Of a DNA stretch of 64,000 nucleotides, positions 1 to 13,072 are shown in pieces; position 1 is the stretch's first letter, and every line of letters begins with the position of its first letter. Under the pieces are notes generated by a model. That model had not been told where the DNA came from and searched no databases. It worked only from the letters and a program-made list of their open reading frames with translations. The position numbers were made by a program, and so were the translations under genes. Origin of the DNA: Camelus dromedarius (taxonomy: Eukaryota); assembly GCF_036321535.1 (NCBI RefSeq), contig NC_087445.1, forward strand, positions 42,098,001 through 42,162,000. Reading direction: 5' to 3'.

Positions 1-3000
1 TTGGGTTTTTGTTTGTTTGGTTTTTGTTTTAGATATCACATAAGAGTGAGATCATACCATATTTGTCTTTCTCTGACTTATTTCACTTATGAGAAGGCCC
101 TCAAGATCCATCCATGTTGCTGCAAATGGCAAGATTTCATTTTTTTCTGGCCAAAAAATAATCCATTGTGTATATATACCATGTTTCTCTATCCATTCAT
201 CCACTGTTGAGCACTTAGGTTGTTTTCATATCTTGGCTTTAAAAAAAATACGCTACAATGAACATAGCGGTGCAGATATCTTTTTGAGTTAGTGTTTTCA
301 TTTTCTTCAGATAAATACCCAGAAGTGGAACTGCTGGATCATATGGTAGCTCTATTTTTCATTTTTTGAGGAAATTCCACACTGTTTTCCATACTGGCTC
401 AACCAACTGACATTCCCACTTCTCTTGTCTTTTTGGTAACGGACATTCTAATAAGTGTGAGGTGATATCCCATTGTGGTTTTGATTTGCATTTCCCTGAT
501 AATTAGTGACGTGCCTCTTTTCATGTACCTCTTGGTCATCTTATGTCTTCTTTGGAAAAATGTCTATTCAGATCCTCTACTCTTTAAAAAAAAATCAGAT
601 TGTTTATTTTTTGCTATTGAGTTGTACGAGTTCTTAATATAATTTGAATATTAACTCCTTAGCAGATACATGATTTGCAATGCTTTCCTCCATTGAATAG
701 GTTACCTTCTAATTTACTTTGATTTCCTTTGCCATGCAAAAGATTTTTGGTTTGATACAGTCCCACTTGTTTGTTTGTTTTTGCTTTTATTGCCTTTGCT
801 TTTGGTGTCAGATTAAAAAAAAAAAAAAAGATCACCAAGGCCAATGTCAAGATTTACTGTCAATGTTTTCTTCTACAAGTTTTATGCTTTTGGATTTTAC
901 ATTCAAGTCTTTAATCCATTTTGAGTTAATTTTTGTATATGGTGTAAGGTAGTGGTCCAGTATCATTCTTTTGCACGTGGCTGTCCAGTTTCCCTGTCAC
1001 TATTTANNNNNNNNNNNNNNNNNNNNNNNNNNNNNNNNNNNNNNNNNNNNNNNNNNNNNNNNNNNNNNNNNNNNNNNNNNNNNNNNNNNNNNNNNNNNNN
1101 NNNNNNNNNNNNNNNNNNNNNNNNNNNNNNNNNNNNNNNNNNNNNNNNNNNNNNNNNNNNNNNNNGAGGGTGTGTGATGATTCCAGCTTTGTTCTTCTTT
1201 CTCAAGATTGCTTTAGACATTTGGATTCTTTTGTGGTTCTACATAAATTATTTTATTTCAGTGAAANNNNNNNNNNNNNNNNNNNNNNNNNNNNNNNNNN
1301 NNNNNNNNNNNNNNNNNNNNNNNNNNNNNNNNNNNNNNNNNNNNNNNNNNNNNNNNNNNNNNNNNNNNNNNNNNNNNNNNNNNNNNNNNNNNNNNNNNNN
1401 NNNNNNNTTTATCAATGTCTTACAGTTTTCAGTGTACAGTTCTTTCACTTCCTTGGTTAAATTTATTCCTAGGTATTTTGTTCTTTTTGATGCAACTGTA
1501 AATGGGATAGATTCAATTATCTTTCTGACGATTCATTATTAGTGCATAGAAACATAGCAAATTCCTGTATATTGATTTTTTTTATCTTGCAACTTTACTG
1601 AATTGTTTACTAGTTCTAACAGTTTTTTGATGTGGTCTTAAGAGTTTTATAATATCATGTCACTTGCAGATAGTGACATTTTTACTTCTTCCTTTCCAAC
1701 CTTGTTGATTTTTTTTTTCTTGCCTAATTGCTCTAGAAATTTAAACACTATGTTGAATAAAGGTGGGGACAGTAGATATTCTTGTCTTTCCTGATCTTCA
1801 AGGAAGAGCTTTCAGCTTCTCACCACTGAGTGTAATGTTAGCTGTGGGCATGTCATACATAGCCTCTATTATGTTGAGATATGTTTGCTCTATACTTTGT
1901 TGAGAGTTTTTAATCACAAATGAATGTTGAATTTTTTCAAATGCTTTTTTGACATCTACTGAGATGATCGTATGATTTTTATCCTTTATTTTGTTGTTGT
2001 GGTTAATCACATTGATTTGCTGATGTCGAATCATCTTTGCATTCCTGGAATATACCCCACTTGATCATGCTTTATGATCCTTCAAATTTTAAATGTATTG
2101 TTGAATTTGGCTTGCTAATATTTTTAAGGATTTTTTCATATGTATTCGTTAGTGATGTTGACCTGTTATTTTCTTTTCTTATGGTCTGTTTTTGGTGTCA
2201 GGGTAATGCTGGCCTTGTAACATGAGTTTGGAAAGCTCCCTCTTCTGTTTTTTGGAAGACTTTGAGGAGGATTGTTATTAGTTTGTTTTTAAATGTTTGG
2301 TAGAATTCACCAGTCATGACATCTGGCCTGGATTTTTGTTTTTTGGGAGGTTTTTGATTACTGATTGTCTCCTTACTAGTAATAAGTCTGTTCAGATTTT
2401 CTATTTCTTCATGATTCAATCTTTTAGAAGTTTGCATATATATTTCTAGGAAGTTACCCATTTCTTCTAGGTTGTCCAGTTTGTTGGCATATAATTATTC
2501 ATTATGAACCTTTGAATTTCTGTGTTAGCAGTTAAAATATCTTTTTCCCTTTCTGATTTTGAATTCTCTCTTCTTTTTTTCTTGGTGAGTCTAGTTAAAG
2601 ATTTGTCAATTATGTTTCTTTTCAAAGAACCAGCTTTTGGTTTCACTGGTCTTTGCTGTTGTCTTTTTAATCTCTATTTTATTTATTTCTGCTTTGATTC
2701 TTGTTATTTCCTTCCAGTAATTTTAGGTTTCACGTCTTATTTTTCTAATTTTTTTAAAGGTGTAAAGCTAGGTTCCTTATTTGAGAATTTCTTGTTTCTG
2801 GAGGTAGGCATTCATCTCTGTGAATGTCCCTCTTATAACTACTTTGCTGTATCCTATAGGTTTTGGTATTTTGTATTTTCATTTCTCAAGATATTTTTTG
2901 ATTTCTTTGATTTCTTCATTGATCCTTCGGTTGTTCGGTAGCATGTTTAATCTCCCATATTTCTGATTTTTTCAGTTTTCTTCCTGTAATTGATTTCTAG

Positions 3001-3110
3001 TTGCATACCATACTTGATATCATTTCAGTCTTCTTAAATTTGTTAGGACTTGTTTTGTGACCTAACTTGATATATACTGGAGAATGGATGTGCACCTGAG
3101 AAAAATACAT
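1..3110 (-). mobile_element. LINE-1 (L1MA-like), decayed ORF2 and 3' UTR, internally deleted
   Basis: Antisense L1 3' UTR text at 1-300. The ORF track gives ORF2 remnants such as INVINHNNKIKDKNHTIISVDVKKAFEKIQH, LNHEEIENLNRLITSKE and KLGHKTSPNKFKK, with many stops and frameshifts. Confidence 0.92.
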
Positions 3111-4118
3111 CAGATTTTTATTTAAATACTTGAACATATTTATAATAGCTATTGTAAAGTTCTTGTCTGCTAATTCCATCATCTCAGTCTTTTCCAGGTG
3201 TCTTTGCAGTGACCGATTTTCCCCCCTGGTTATGGGTTACGTCTCCTGCTTATTCTCCTGTCTAATTTTTAATTGAATATTGGACATTATGCCTTATCTT
3301 GTTGAGTGCTTGATATGTTGTATTTATTTCAGGAGTGTTGGACTTTGCTCTAGCAGTCAGTTATTTGTGGATCAGCTTAATCCCTTTAAAATTTATTTTT
3401 CTTTAACATTTACTATGATGGATGGAATAGCCCTTACTTGAGGCTTAATTTAATCGTATTTTTAAAGTATGTTGAGTGAGCTTTCTCCACTTTGTTGTTT
3501 AGAACTCAAGCATCTCTCAACTCTGAGAGCTCTGGAAACTGTTAGGCTTACAGTTTCCCAGTTACTTTCTGCCTGGCATCATGCAGTTTTACTCTATGCA
3601 TCCTTGCTTTTGTCTTGAGCAATAGACTCAAGGTCTGGGACCTTTATGCAGATTTCTGGAACTCTTTCCTTGTGCTACTCCCTTAACTCTGGTAATGTGC
3701 CCCATGAATTCCAGCTGTGCCAGCCCTTCTGAATTCTAATCTTTGTGCTCTACTTAGAATTCCTGTTCCTCAATTGTAGTTCAGAAAGTATTTGCAGGAA
3801 GAGAGCCAAGATGTCATAGGGCTCGTCTCATTTGATTTTGTCAGGGGCCACAATTCTATAATGTCTGTTGTCTAATAGCTGAAAAACTTTGAGTTTTCTA
3901 GTTGTTTACATTGGGAAGGTAGATCTGGTTCCCTGTATTCCATTACAGCCAGAATCACCTTCATTTTTTTTCACGTTTTTTCATTATGGATAGAAGGCTA
4001 GACTGGAACTTATTTTCTTCTTGCTCTTGAAAGATGCCATTCCACTGTCTTCTGGATTTGAGAGTTTTTGTTGAAGAGTCAGTTATAAATGTAATTGATT
4101 TTTTTAAAAGGTAATTCT

Positions 4119-4249
4119 TTTCTTTTAACTTTGTTTTTGGGGGGGTAATTAGATTTATTTATTTATTTTTAATGGAGGCACTGGGGATTGAACGCAGGAC
4201 CTTGTGCTTTCTAAACTTACACTCTACCACTGAGCTATACCTACCCTCC
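4119..4249 (-). mobile_element. Vic-1-type camelid tRNA-derived SINE, full length
   Basis: The minus strand has an A box TAGCTCAGTGG, a B box GTTCAATCC and an (AAAT)n/CTAATTACCCC tail. It is flanked by a perfect 11-bp TSD AAGGTAATTCT (4108-4118 and 4250-4260). Confidence 0.9.
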
Positions 4250-4660
4250 AAGGTAATTCTGTTTTGATATTTCCCACAAAATTTTTCGTTTGATCCATTT
4301 TCATTACTTTCACTATTTTTCATTTGCTTTTCAGCATGTTTACTACGTTAAGGCTAGGTATATATTTTTAATTTTTCTTCTTAGGTATCATTGAACCCCT
4401 TGAATTTGTGGCTTGACACATTGCATCAATTTGGAAAAGTTTTATCCATTAACTCATTAAAAATTGCTTCTTCACCATTCTCTATTTCTTCTCCTTATGG
4501 TATTTCAAATATACATACATATATATATATAAAATAGCTGAGAACTTTTTTCTCAGCTAAAAAACATAAATATATTATACCTTCTCACTGAAGCCTCTGT
4601 CTCTTCCCCTATATACTTGCCATTCTTTTTTTCTGATCACATTTTATCCTTATTACGTTA

Positions 4661-4718
4661 TCATGGTCTGTTTTTAAGTTCACTATTTTATGTCATCATG
4701 GTCTGTTTTAAGTTCACT
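4661..4718. repeat. Local tandem duplication (~24-bp unit)
   Basis: tcatggtctgtttttaagttcact (4661-4684) and tcatggtctgttttaagttcact (4696-4718). Confidence 0.85.
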
Positions 4719-5599
4719 GTTTTTCTCTTCAGTTATTTATCATCTGCAAATAAATCACCTCCTGAGTTCTTAATTTAGATTGCTGAACTTTTTGTTTCCT
4801 TTAACGTTCATTATTTCCTTTTCATAGTTATAAGATGTCTTCCTAAATTCAGAATCTTATTCTCTTATCTCATTTTAATCCAAATTCATTTTAAAGCAGA
4901 ACTTTAGGCCCCACGCATTTCTGGTCCATCGTTACTTTGAGGCTGTAATCTTTGTAGTCCGTCCCGAGGTGAGGTAGCTCACTTGGGTGACGCTGCCTAG
5001 TGGGCACTGTACTCTAATACCTGTCCTAATTGTAAAAGGCTAACAAAAATGCCACACTATTTCTTAGCTTCTTCTTTGCCCTTTATGGAACTGATAAACA
5101 CTGCCAGAGGAAGAGTGGGCCCAAACACTGGACACATTCTTTTGGGCTTTTTCCTTCCTCTCTATTGTGGTTCAGTAACTATACATTATCTTATTAGCTT
5201 GTTTGTGATTTTAGAAATCTGTTAATATTTTATCCACTTTTTCTAGATGACCTTGTTGGGATAATTGGTCTGAATTATCTAGTCAGCCATTGCAAGAAAT
5301 GTCTCATGGGCCAAGTTTAGGTCAAATTTATGGTGGAACTAATCTGCTCCATTTGGTTATTCTCTCCAGCTTCCTTCAGCTTTTTGAGTGTAGGCACAAA
5401 GAAATAAATTAGTTGGCTTCATGTATGCAACCAATAAACAAGTTTCTTTGGCACAGATTGAATATAGAGTGTTTCCAAGTTTGTTATTTAGTCCAGGAAT
5501 GTGACATCTAAGCTGGATAAGGAGGAAAGTGAGGAAAAGAGAGGGCTGGTGAATTGGGAGAAAGTCAAGTGGTAAACAGCCTGAAGAAAACCTTTAGGA

Positions 5600-5860
5600 C
5601 AGTTCTTTAGGGCAGTTCAGTGGAAATAACTGGATAAACAACCAGGAATGGAAGTCGTAGTCAGATGCTTGAGTTAGTGCTTTGGAGGTGGAGAAGTTAA
5701 AGATTCAAAGAGTGATGATGGAAATGGGTAGCTGGAGTGGAGTAAAGGAGTTACTACTGGAGATGAAAATGTACAGGATCCAAAGTCCAGGCTGCCAGGT
5801 AGCTTATCCATCTAGATGCTGAAGGCACCCAGGTTAATATCACAGGAAGTTAACAGATGG
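5600..5860 (-). mobile_element. L2 fragment
   Basis: Purine-rich antisense L2-like sequence, including gatgctgaaggcacccagg, which resembles the antisense GDFNI region. Confidence 0.4.
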
Positions 5861-7597
5861 AGGAGCAAGGAGGGTACCAGGCGTGTTTACTTCCCAGATC
5901 AGAGTCAAAATTTGCAAAGCCTTTATAAATCCCTTCATTCTCTTAAATGGCCTCATCATACCATGTAAGCTCAAAGGTATGAGATCACAGTAATAAGCTG
6001 GCCTCTTCTGCTGTTCAAAAGTGCTCCCCTCAGTCTACACCACACGCTTTCGCCCCCTGACCTCCCTAAATCAAGCAAGAGACAAACAGAATTTCAGGTC
6101 AACAACGCCCAGTATTGAAACAATAGGGATTGATCACTTTCTCCCTGGTCTGTTCCGTGGATGGTAGCCCATATTTGGTGGATTATGGATTATGTGTAAT
6201 AATCTGTAGTGCTCACAAACCAGTTTATCCCTCACGCTAGTATTTAACACCACCAGATCTACAAGTGAGTTTACTGAGAAAGTCCCAATGAAAGTAATAA
6301 ATCTAACTCGAAAAGGAAGTCAAGAAGCAAAACAGTTTTCCCATTCTTCAGTGGTTCTCTGGGTGTCCCCAGACCAGGCAATCTTAGAGGTGTTTGAGTT
6401 TATTTTGGAAAGGCCAATAAGTAACAATAAAATCAAAAAGTGTAAGAAGCTAGGAAGAGGTCTTACATGCCATCTGAATAACTGGGACAAGGGCATGTTT
6501 TAAAAATTTACAGATGATAGATAAAAAGGATAAGAAATTGTAACATACTTCTAGTGGCTAAATGGAATGGAAGAAGTCAACCGTGTTACACATTTTCCTG
6601 AATCGCTCATATTTAGAACCATTAAATTAGTCTCTTCATGCCTAATTCTATAAAAATAGTCAATTTACCCTAAAATTTTTCCTTCTGTGTTTACCTGAAT
6701 ATTATCCCAAGTTACACACACATTGGCACATTACCTCTTACGTGGATGTCTTTGAATAATTTTTCCCTTAAACATATTAAGCCTTCACTGGATTTTGTTG
6801 TTATTATTTCTTCCTTTTTGGAAATATCTTCTCATTCTTTATAGCATTTTGTCCAGCAAAAGCGCTCAGGCAAAAGAAATCTGGTTCTATAAACAATTTG
6901 GAATCCTGACAGTGCCTTCTAAAAAGATAACAGCATTTGATTTTGAATACCATTTTATTTAGCTTTGGACCATCTCAAAATATACAGGCATGTAACCCCT
7001 ACTCAAAAACTCATTCCTTCACAATCTAGTCCAAGGACTTAGTTAATAACTAGATAGCTAAATACAATTTAAGTACATTCCAACATAGTTTAGAACAATA
7101 CATTCAGACATTAGTACTAACAATGTGGCACAATAGTTTTTGCACTGGCAGAGAGCCTCTCGTTCAAAGGTCCTGTTTCATCAAGATTTGAAACAGTTTC
7201 CTTTATTTTTTCTAAGGAGATCCCTTTACCAACCATCAAAAATTAGAGAAACTTACTAAAGAAGGCAGACACTGTTTTAGAACATGGCCTAGATAATGTT
7301 CCTTTACTTTGCTAATAGTTTTCAATATATGGCCCCTATTTTCTGATTTTTCTCCCAACAATGAAATGTCACCATATGTGCCAACTTTCTGATGGAATGT
7401 TCCTTCCTCTTTCCTCCCTGCTTCTAATTATGTCAGCACCATCCACTGGCTGAGGGAGCGAGACAAGAAATACTTTCGTGTCTCCAAGGAGGCAGCTGAC
7501 CTGACACATCAGGAATCGATTAGTCAGGGCTGGCGTGGGGGCTCATCCTGGAGCCGATGGCGAAGACTGGGCAGGTGGAGGAAAGGAGTAATCATTC

Positions 7598-7713
7598 CTT
7601 TATTTTATTATTATTTTGTGTGCGTGTAGGGGAGAGGTAATTAGGTTTATTTATTTTAAGGGGACCTTGTGCATGCTGAGCATGCGCTCTACCGTGAGAT
7701 ATAACCATCCCCC
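7598..7713 (-). mobile_element. Vic-1-type SINE with internal deletion removing the B box
   Basis: Aligns to the 4119-4249 copy in head and tail. The segment tggaggcactggggattgaacgca is replaced by gg. Confidence 0.85.
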
Positions 7714-8059
7714 ACTTCCTCCCCCAAAAGCCCATTAAACAGAATGACTGTAAGGTTGAAATGTCTGCATCTCTTTTCTTCAACAACTGAAAATGATTCT
7801 CTTTAAAACTGCTCTAGTGGTAGCTTCCAGTAAAAGGTGGACTTTTTTTCATAAATGTATTATGGAAAATAAATATATATATATATTGTTTCCCTATATA
7901 GCAAATTCATTTCTTGCTAGGGTTTCCGGTGTTCATCTGGGACCTCAGTCATCAGCTGTGGTTGGGAATCCACTGAAAGGCTAGAAACACTTGGCCTGGT
8001 TGTGGTCGGTTCCTGACAGGTCCCTGTGGGTGTCTCTCCACATGTGAGCGCCATCCTGT

Positions 8060-8520
8060 GATGGTCTTACTGTAACGGAGATTTCCCCCAAAGCAGACCC
8101 ATGTAAAGGATTGTGGTGCAAGCTATTTATTTGCGAGGTGACCCCAGAAAGCATAAGTGTAGAAGTGAGGCCTGGGAAGGAGAAAAGCCGATCAACTGTG
8201 CACGAGTGAGTGGGTTCCTGCAACCCTAAGTGGGACTCAGGCCCGCTGGGCACCCTCTGACGGAGGGCGTAGGACCAGCCTGGGTTTGCCTACCCAGGGC
8301 CCAAGCTGCAGTGTGTCCACCAACGCCTGTCCCTCACTGGATGAGCATTACTCTGGAGGCGTTGCCTCGTGGTTTCTGGTCTGTGGCCAGAGAGTGCTAG
8401 AAGGATGCAGGCAGCTCCTGACCCAAAAGAGAACCCTCTGCAGGGCCCCGCCGTGTGGACCAGGGGACGTGGAAGGGTGGCCACCCTCAGGCGGTCTGAG
8501 AACATTGACACAAGTGCACA
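8060..8520 (+). mobile_element. ERVL-class solo LTR remnant (LTR16/LTR33-like)
   Basis: ttcccccaaagcagaccc...tgcaagctatttatttgcgaggtgaccccagaaagc resembles the 5' part of these LTR families as I recall them. The subfamily is not established. Confidence 0.5.
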
Positions 8521-9131
8521 GCCCCACACTGTGTGCATCAGCCAAGTCTGCAGCCCTGTACCTGCATCTGTGTGGCTGGTCCTGGGTTTCTGGGAATTCA
8601 TCTTGCTTCATGGGAAGTGAGTAATCAGCACAGAGATGACCTAACCCAGGAATGGAAATGATAACATTCAAAGGTGATTGTGCACTCAGACGTGCAAGCC
8701 TTGTGCTAGTAATTTAGATAAGCTTTCATCCAGCTTCTGAACCTTCTTGAAACCCTCCATGTCTCTGCTTAAATACAGGCCCTCATTGCTCAGAGACATA
8801 GAAGTCCCCATAATAGCTCCATCATTAAAAAAAAAAAATCTCTTTCAATTTTCCATATTAGGTGTTCTTTCCTAGATTAGGGCAGAGCTCTTTAAAGATG
8901 GCATCTGGAAAGACCAGCAAGAGAAAAATTGTTTTAAAAAGAAAATGGTAGACGTGGATTTTATAATCTTTTCTGTCTTGATCATGTCAATATGAAGGCT
9001 TATTTTCTGTGAGTTAAAATGCTTCTAGGAACCCAGGGATAAGCCAGTCTGTGACAACACATGTATTTGCACGTGTACCCAACTTCAAGATCAAACCATT
9101 TTTCGATTCTCCATGTATACCCACATATGTA

Positions 9132-9157
9132 ACACACACACACACACACACACACAC
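9132..9157. repeat. (AC)13 microsatellite
   Basis: Direct read. Confidence 0.97.
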
Positions 9158-9469
9158 CCCGTTCGGTGAATCTGATGTCCAAATTGATTTTGTGTTCTTC
9201 CTCCCAAGCTTCCTGGCTCTCCATTCCTGCCATTCCCTTTTGGGAATTTAAATATTTAGTGCTTCCGGCTAAACTGCCTCTTCTTCTGAGCCTGTGGTGA
9301 ATAGGGTGCTCTTTGGTAATTAACTGCAGGTCAGGGGAGGGAATACATGAGCTCTGGGTGCAGTAAGCCAGGTGGGGCTGCCCTGCTGGCTGCTTCCCAG
9401 GTTTACAGACAGGCCTTTTCTCAAGGGAGTGAGGGTGTCCCCCTTGCAGGAGTAGCTCGAGAGCCCACT

Positions 9470-9634
9470 GTTACTAGCATTTCTTTCCAGCTCTGAGTTG
9501 TGACCTCACAAACTGGTAGCTTAAAACTGGGCATGGTGGGAGTATTTCCAGAGTGGAAATCAGCGCATGCTACAAATCCATCCTGCAGTCCTGCACCGCT
9601 CCCCAGCTAGTAACCATTTACCAGGATACCACTG
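9470..9634. mobile_element. hAT-class MITE remnant
   Basis: ggtgggagtatttcc...gaaatcagcgcatgctacaaatc and the terminal catttaccaggataccactg resemble ancient hAT non-autonomous elements. Confidence 0.5.
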
Positions 9635-12544
9635 GGTAGGTCCTTCTATATTCCATGAAAAGAAAGCAGGCCCCTTTTGCTAATGCTGCGCCAAGCCTGG
9701 GAATATAAACACTGCTGCCGCGACTCCTGATGTGGGCCCTGCACTTCAGCTGTGCCTTTGACTGGATGGTATGTTGCAGGCAGCGTGGGATTCCTAACAG
9801 GCATAGTGTCCTTGGTGAGGTGCACCCCAGAGCAGACACAAATCCGGTCTGGTCAGCAGCTATGGAAGCTTCCTGGTAGCTGGGAACACAGTGTGGAACC
9901 CCCATTTGCAGACTTCTAAGGTTTGCCAGGCTTCATTTGCCAATCTGTCTTTTCCTGGGACTCTCATTTCTAAAGATGCTTAAAATATCCAACAGTCCAG
10001 TATACTGGACAACCTGGGAATCGAGTGAAAGTTCTAGGGGTCCTTAGTGCAGTCTGCCTCAATGCAACAGGCCCATAGTCATCTAAGCTGCAGAGCAGCT
10101 CCTCCAAGGCTGCAGAGCAGGGCAGTGGAAGGCCCACACCAAGGGACTGCCACCATCAGTTCTTCGCTGCTATGGTTTGGTTTAATTACCCTCTTGATTA
10201 AAGAGGGTAAGTTGCCTTACTTTACCCACAGGCTTATGGGACAGAAAAATATCCTGGCCTTTACATTCTTGAAGAAAATAGGAAGAAAGGAAATCAACAC
10301 AGGTCAGATTTCAAGTCAAGGCCTAAGAATTCAAAGAAAAAAATCTTTTCAGAATTCTCTATCTTAGATTTAAAAGAGGCCCACATTTTAAAACCAAGGC
10401 CTTGTTGTGCAGGGACCTGGGAGGCTCCCTTAAGATAGGTACTAGATCAGTACCTGGAAATAGTTGGAGCCAAGGCACTGGAACAAAGATGCAATGGTAG
10501 TGCATAGACAACTTAAAACAAAAGGAAACCAACCAACCAGAAACCCATCCTCAATCACCACCTTCCACTCTCCAACCCTGATCGAAATTTCAGTAAAAGC
10601 TTTAAATATGGAGTAGCGGATGGACATGGAAATGACTCCAAATTAGGTAATAGAGAGAAAAACAAGACACTGGCTAATTGACCATCAGACGTTGCTCTGT
10701 ATACGTGATCAAACGAACCACTGTTGTTTCTTGGTGTCATGTCACTTGCACATTTTGCTCTGGTTTAATTGGTTTCTCAAGAGACAGCCCTCTGGCTCTC
10801 ACATCCGAAAAATGGGAGGAGGCTCGGAAGAGAAAGAGCAAGGCAGGGCAGCTTTCAAACCAACTACTCTCACTGCTCAGAAGGATAGGACAGAAAAAAG
10901 TCTGGTTAGGCAGCCTTGCTCTCTGAGTTGAAAGGCCAAGTTTAAGTATTTGGCTCAAACAATGTTCAGCAAGTTCCTGATATTTTTTCTGTGGGCAAAG
11001 GGTCTTTAAGACGATGGTGCAGATGGACCAAGAACAGGTCCTGGTGGGGTCGAGCCCTAGTCAGAGGCTGTGCTGATTTATCACTCCAAGCCTGGACTAA
11101 GTCACAGTGCCCAGGCACACTCTACCCTTTGCCGCAAGACCCAGGAAGAAGGGACACCACCGGCTGGAAATGTTCTCTAAACCATGCAAGGGCAGGCAAG
11201 CCTTACACCAAAGGCTTGTAAGTAAAAATAACACTTCGTTCTCTGAAGTATATGGATGGAACTGCATCCTGAAAGACACAATGCCATAAGCAAGGGCTGG
11301 GCTGCCAGTTAGAAAGACCTGATCCCAAGCGGCAGGAACAGGTCTTGCTTCTGTGATGGTTTCAAATTCCGACCTAAGCCCCAGTTTTCTGGGCAAACAC
11401 TTGTCTCCATTACCCCAACTTCGCAAACTTGCTAGAAAAAGAACAGTTACTTTTTAGCTGATCTCAAAGTCTTCGAGGGGTGTTTCTAAAAGTCACAGAC
11501 GTTAAGGACACCTACAGCAGGTCCTTTGTCCCACAGGGAGTGGACCGCTCACTCCCACCACTGAGGCAGGAAGCTCCGAGCCAAGCGTCCACTGGTGGTG
11601 AGGACGGGTGGCTCCCTGGAAGTCTTTACTGAGCAGCTATTTAAACCTGTTTTTACAGGTGCTTGCAACCTATATTAGGGCAAGGTTTTTTTTTCTTAAG
11701 ACAAATTTGATAAATATTATCAATATGAATATATCCACTAAAGAAGACTGAAATTTCTGATTATATACAGAAAGGAGATGATTTTTTTTTCTTTTTTGGT
11801 TTGTTTATAAACTAATGAACCTGTCTACCTTGGGAAATGCACGTGCAGTATAAAGCGTTTTGAAGAAAGACAGACTTAGCCCATACTCCTTATAATAATA
11901 CTAAAAAAATACTCTGGGAGAGGCTTAGGCAACTTCAAGAGAAGGAAAACTCAAGAATGAAGAATANNNNNNNNNNNNNNNNNNNNNNNNNNNNNNNNNN
12001 NNNNNNNNNNNNNNNNNNNNNNNNNNNNNNNNNNNNNNNNNNNNNNNNNNNNNNNNNNNNNNNNNNNNNNNNNNNNNNNNNNNNNNNNNNNNNNNNNNNA
12101 ATGACATTTTAAGAACAGTAAATATGATTCTTTTAAATACTGCAAGTTAAAAATGTTTTCTGACAAAACTCCCTAAATACATAGGTCTAGTAAGGGTTTC
12201 CAACATGATGACAGGTGAGGAATCCAGCAAGTTGCATTTAGAGAATTCTTTGAGGAAAAGAAATCCACCAAACACATGTGTTTCAGTCAAAGTAACCTGA
12301 ACAAAGTTACAGAGTAATTTTCCATCTTTCTTTTCTAAACTTAAAAATATTCTACTGAAGAATATCTTCCTCCCTGTTGTTTTCCATCTACCAAAGCTTA
12401 TCTGAAAGTCAGAATTCCTTTACCCAAGTGAGATCCAATTGTACCCAATAGATATTTTCATAACATGTAAATGTCATTTACTATTGGGTTGGAATCATAC
12501 GGGGAAATGGAGGATACACGATAGATAAGGGAGGTAAGAAGGAA

Positions 12545-12600
12545 ATTAATATTTGAGCACCTACTGTGTGCTAGATGTGTATGCATACTTTGAACAGATG
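12545..12600 (-). mobile_element. Short MIR/L2 3'-end fragment within the presumed 3' UTR
   Basis: taatatttgagcacctactgtgtgctag. Confidence 0.4.
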
Positions 12601-13066
12601 ATTCTAGAGCCAAGAGGGTTACTGAAGGGCACTGGTAGTTGGGAAGACAGCAGAAAATGATTTGTTACACTGTGAGAAAAACAAATGACAAGTTGAGACT
12701 TTGTATTAAGTATCTACTGAACAGCAGGTGTCTGGCTCCGAAAATCTCTAGCTAATCATATACAACTAAGCCATTTCTTATCCTAATTTGATGGAATCAA
12801 AACGAAATCCCAAAGACAGTTACCAGGACAGATCTATTAACGCTACATATGATGGAAATATGTGGAGACAGATAAACATACAATATTAACTCGTTTTAAT
12901 TTTTGTGTGTGTTTCTAACCAAAGGTCGGTCTTTGGAAGAAAATCTGTACACCAAGCACACCTTATCTGTGTCAATTGAGATGTTGTCAATTACCGAGTA
13001 AGTGGTTTTAAACCCTTATTTAATTTTAAGAAGAGCAGCAATATACATTACAATAGTTGGGTACAC

Positions 13067-13072
13067 TTTATT
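13067..13072 (-). terminator. Candidate polyadenylation signal AATAAA
   Basis: TTTATT on the + strand. It is the only canonical hexamer I found in the unmasked UTR. ATTAAA variants follow at 13019-13024 and 12895-12900, with a U/GU-rich stretch just downstream. Confidence 0.5.

Larger units (their letters stand above)
3110..5300 (-). mobile_element. Older L1M/HAL1-type 5'/ORF1-region remnants
   Basis: MELADKNFTIAIINMFK is an ORF1-like remnant. Antisense phrases such as gaaagatgccattccactgtcttctgg and ttggtctgaattatctagtcagccatt resemble L1ME/HAL1. Confidence 0.55.

Noticed and set aside
4119-4249. tRNA gene
   Set aside because: The tRNA-like A and B boxes belong to a SINE with an AT-rich tail and TSD, and there is no intact cloverleaf.
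9995-10010. Perfect 16-bp palindrome GTCCAGTATACTGGAC
   Set aside because: About one such palindrome is expected per 4^8 (65 kb) positions.
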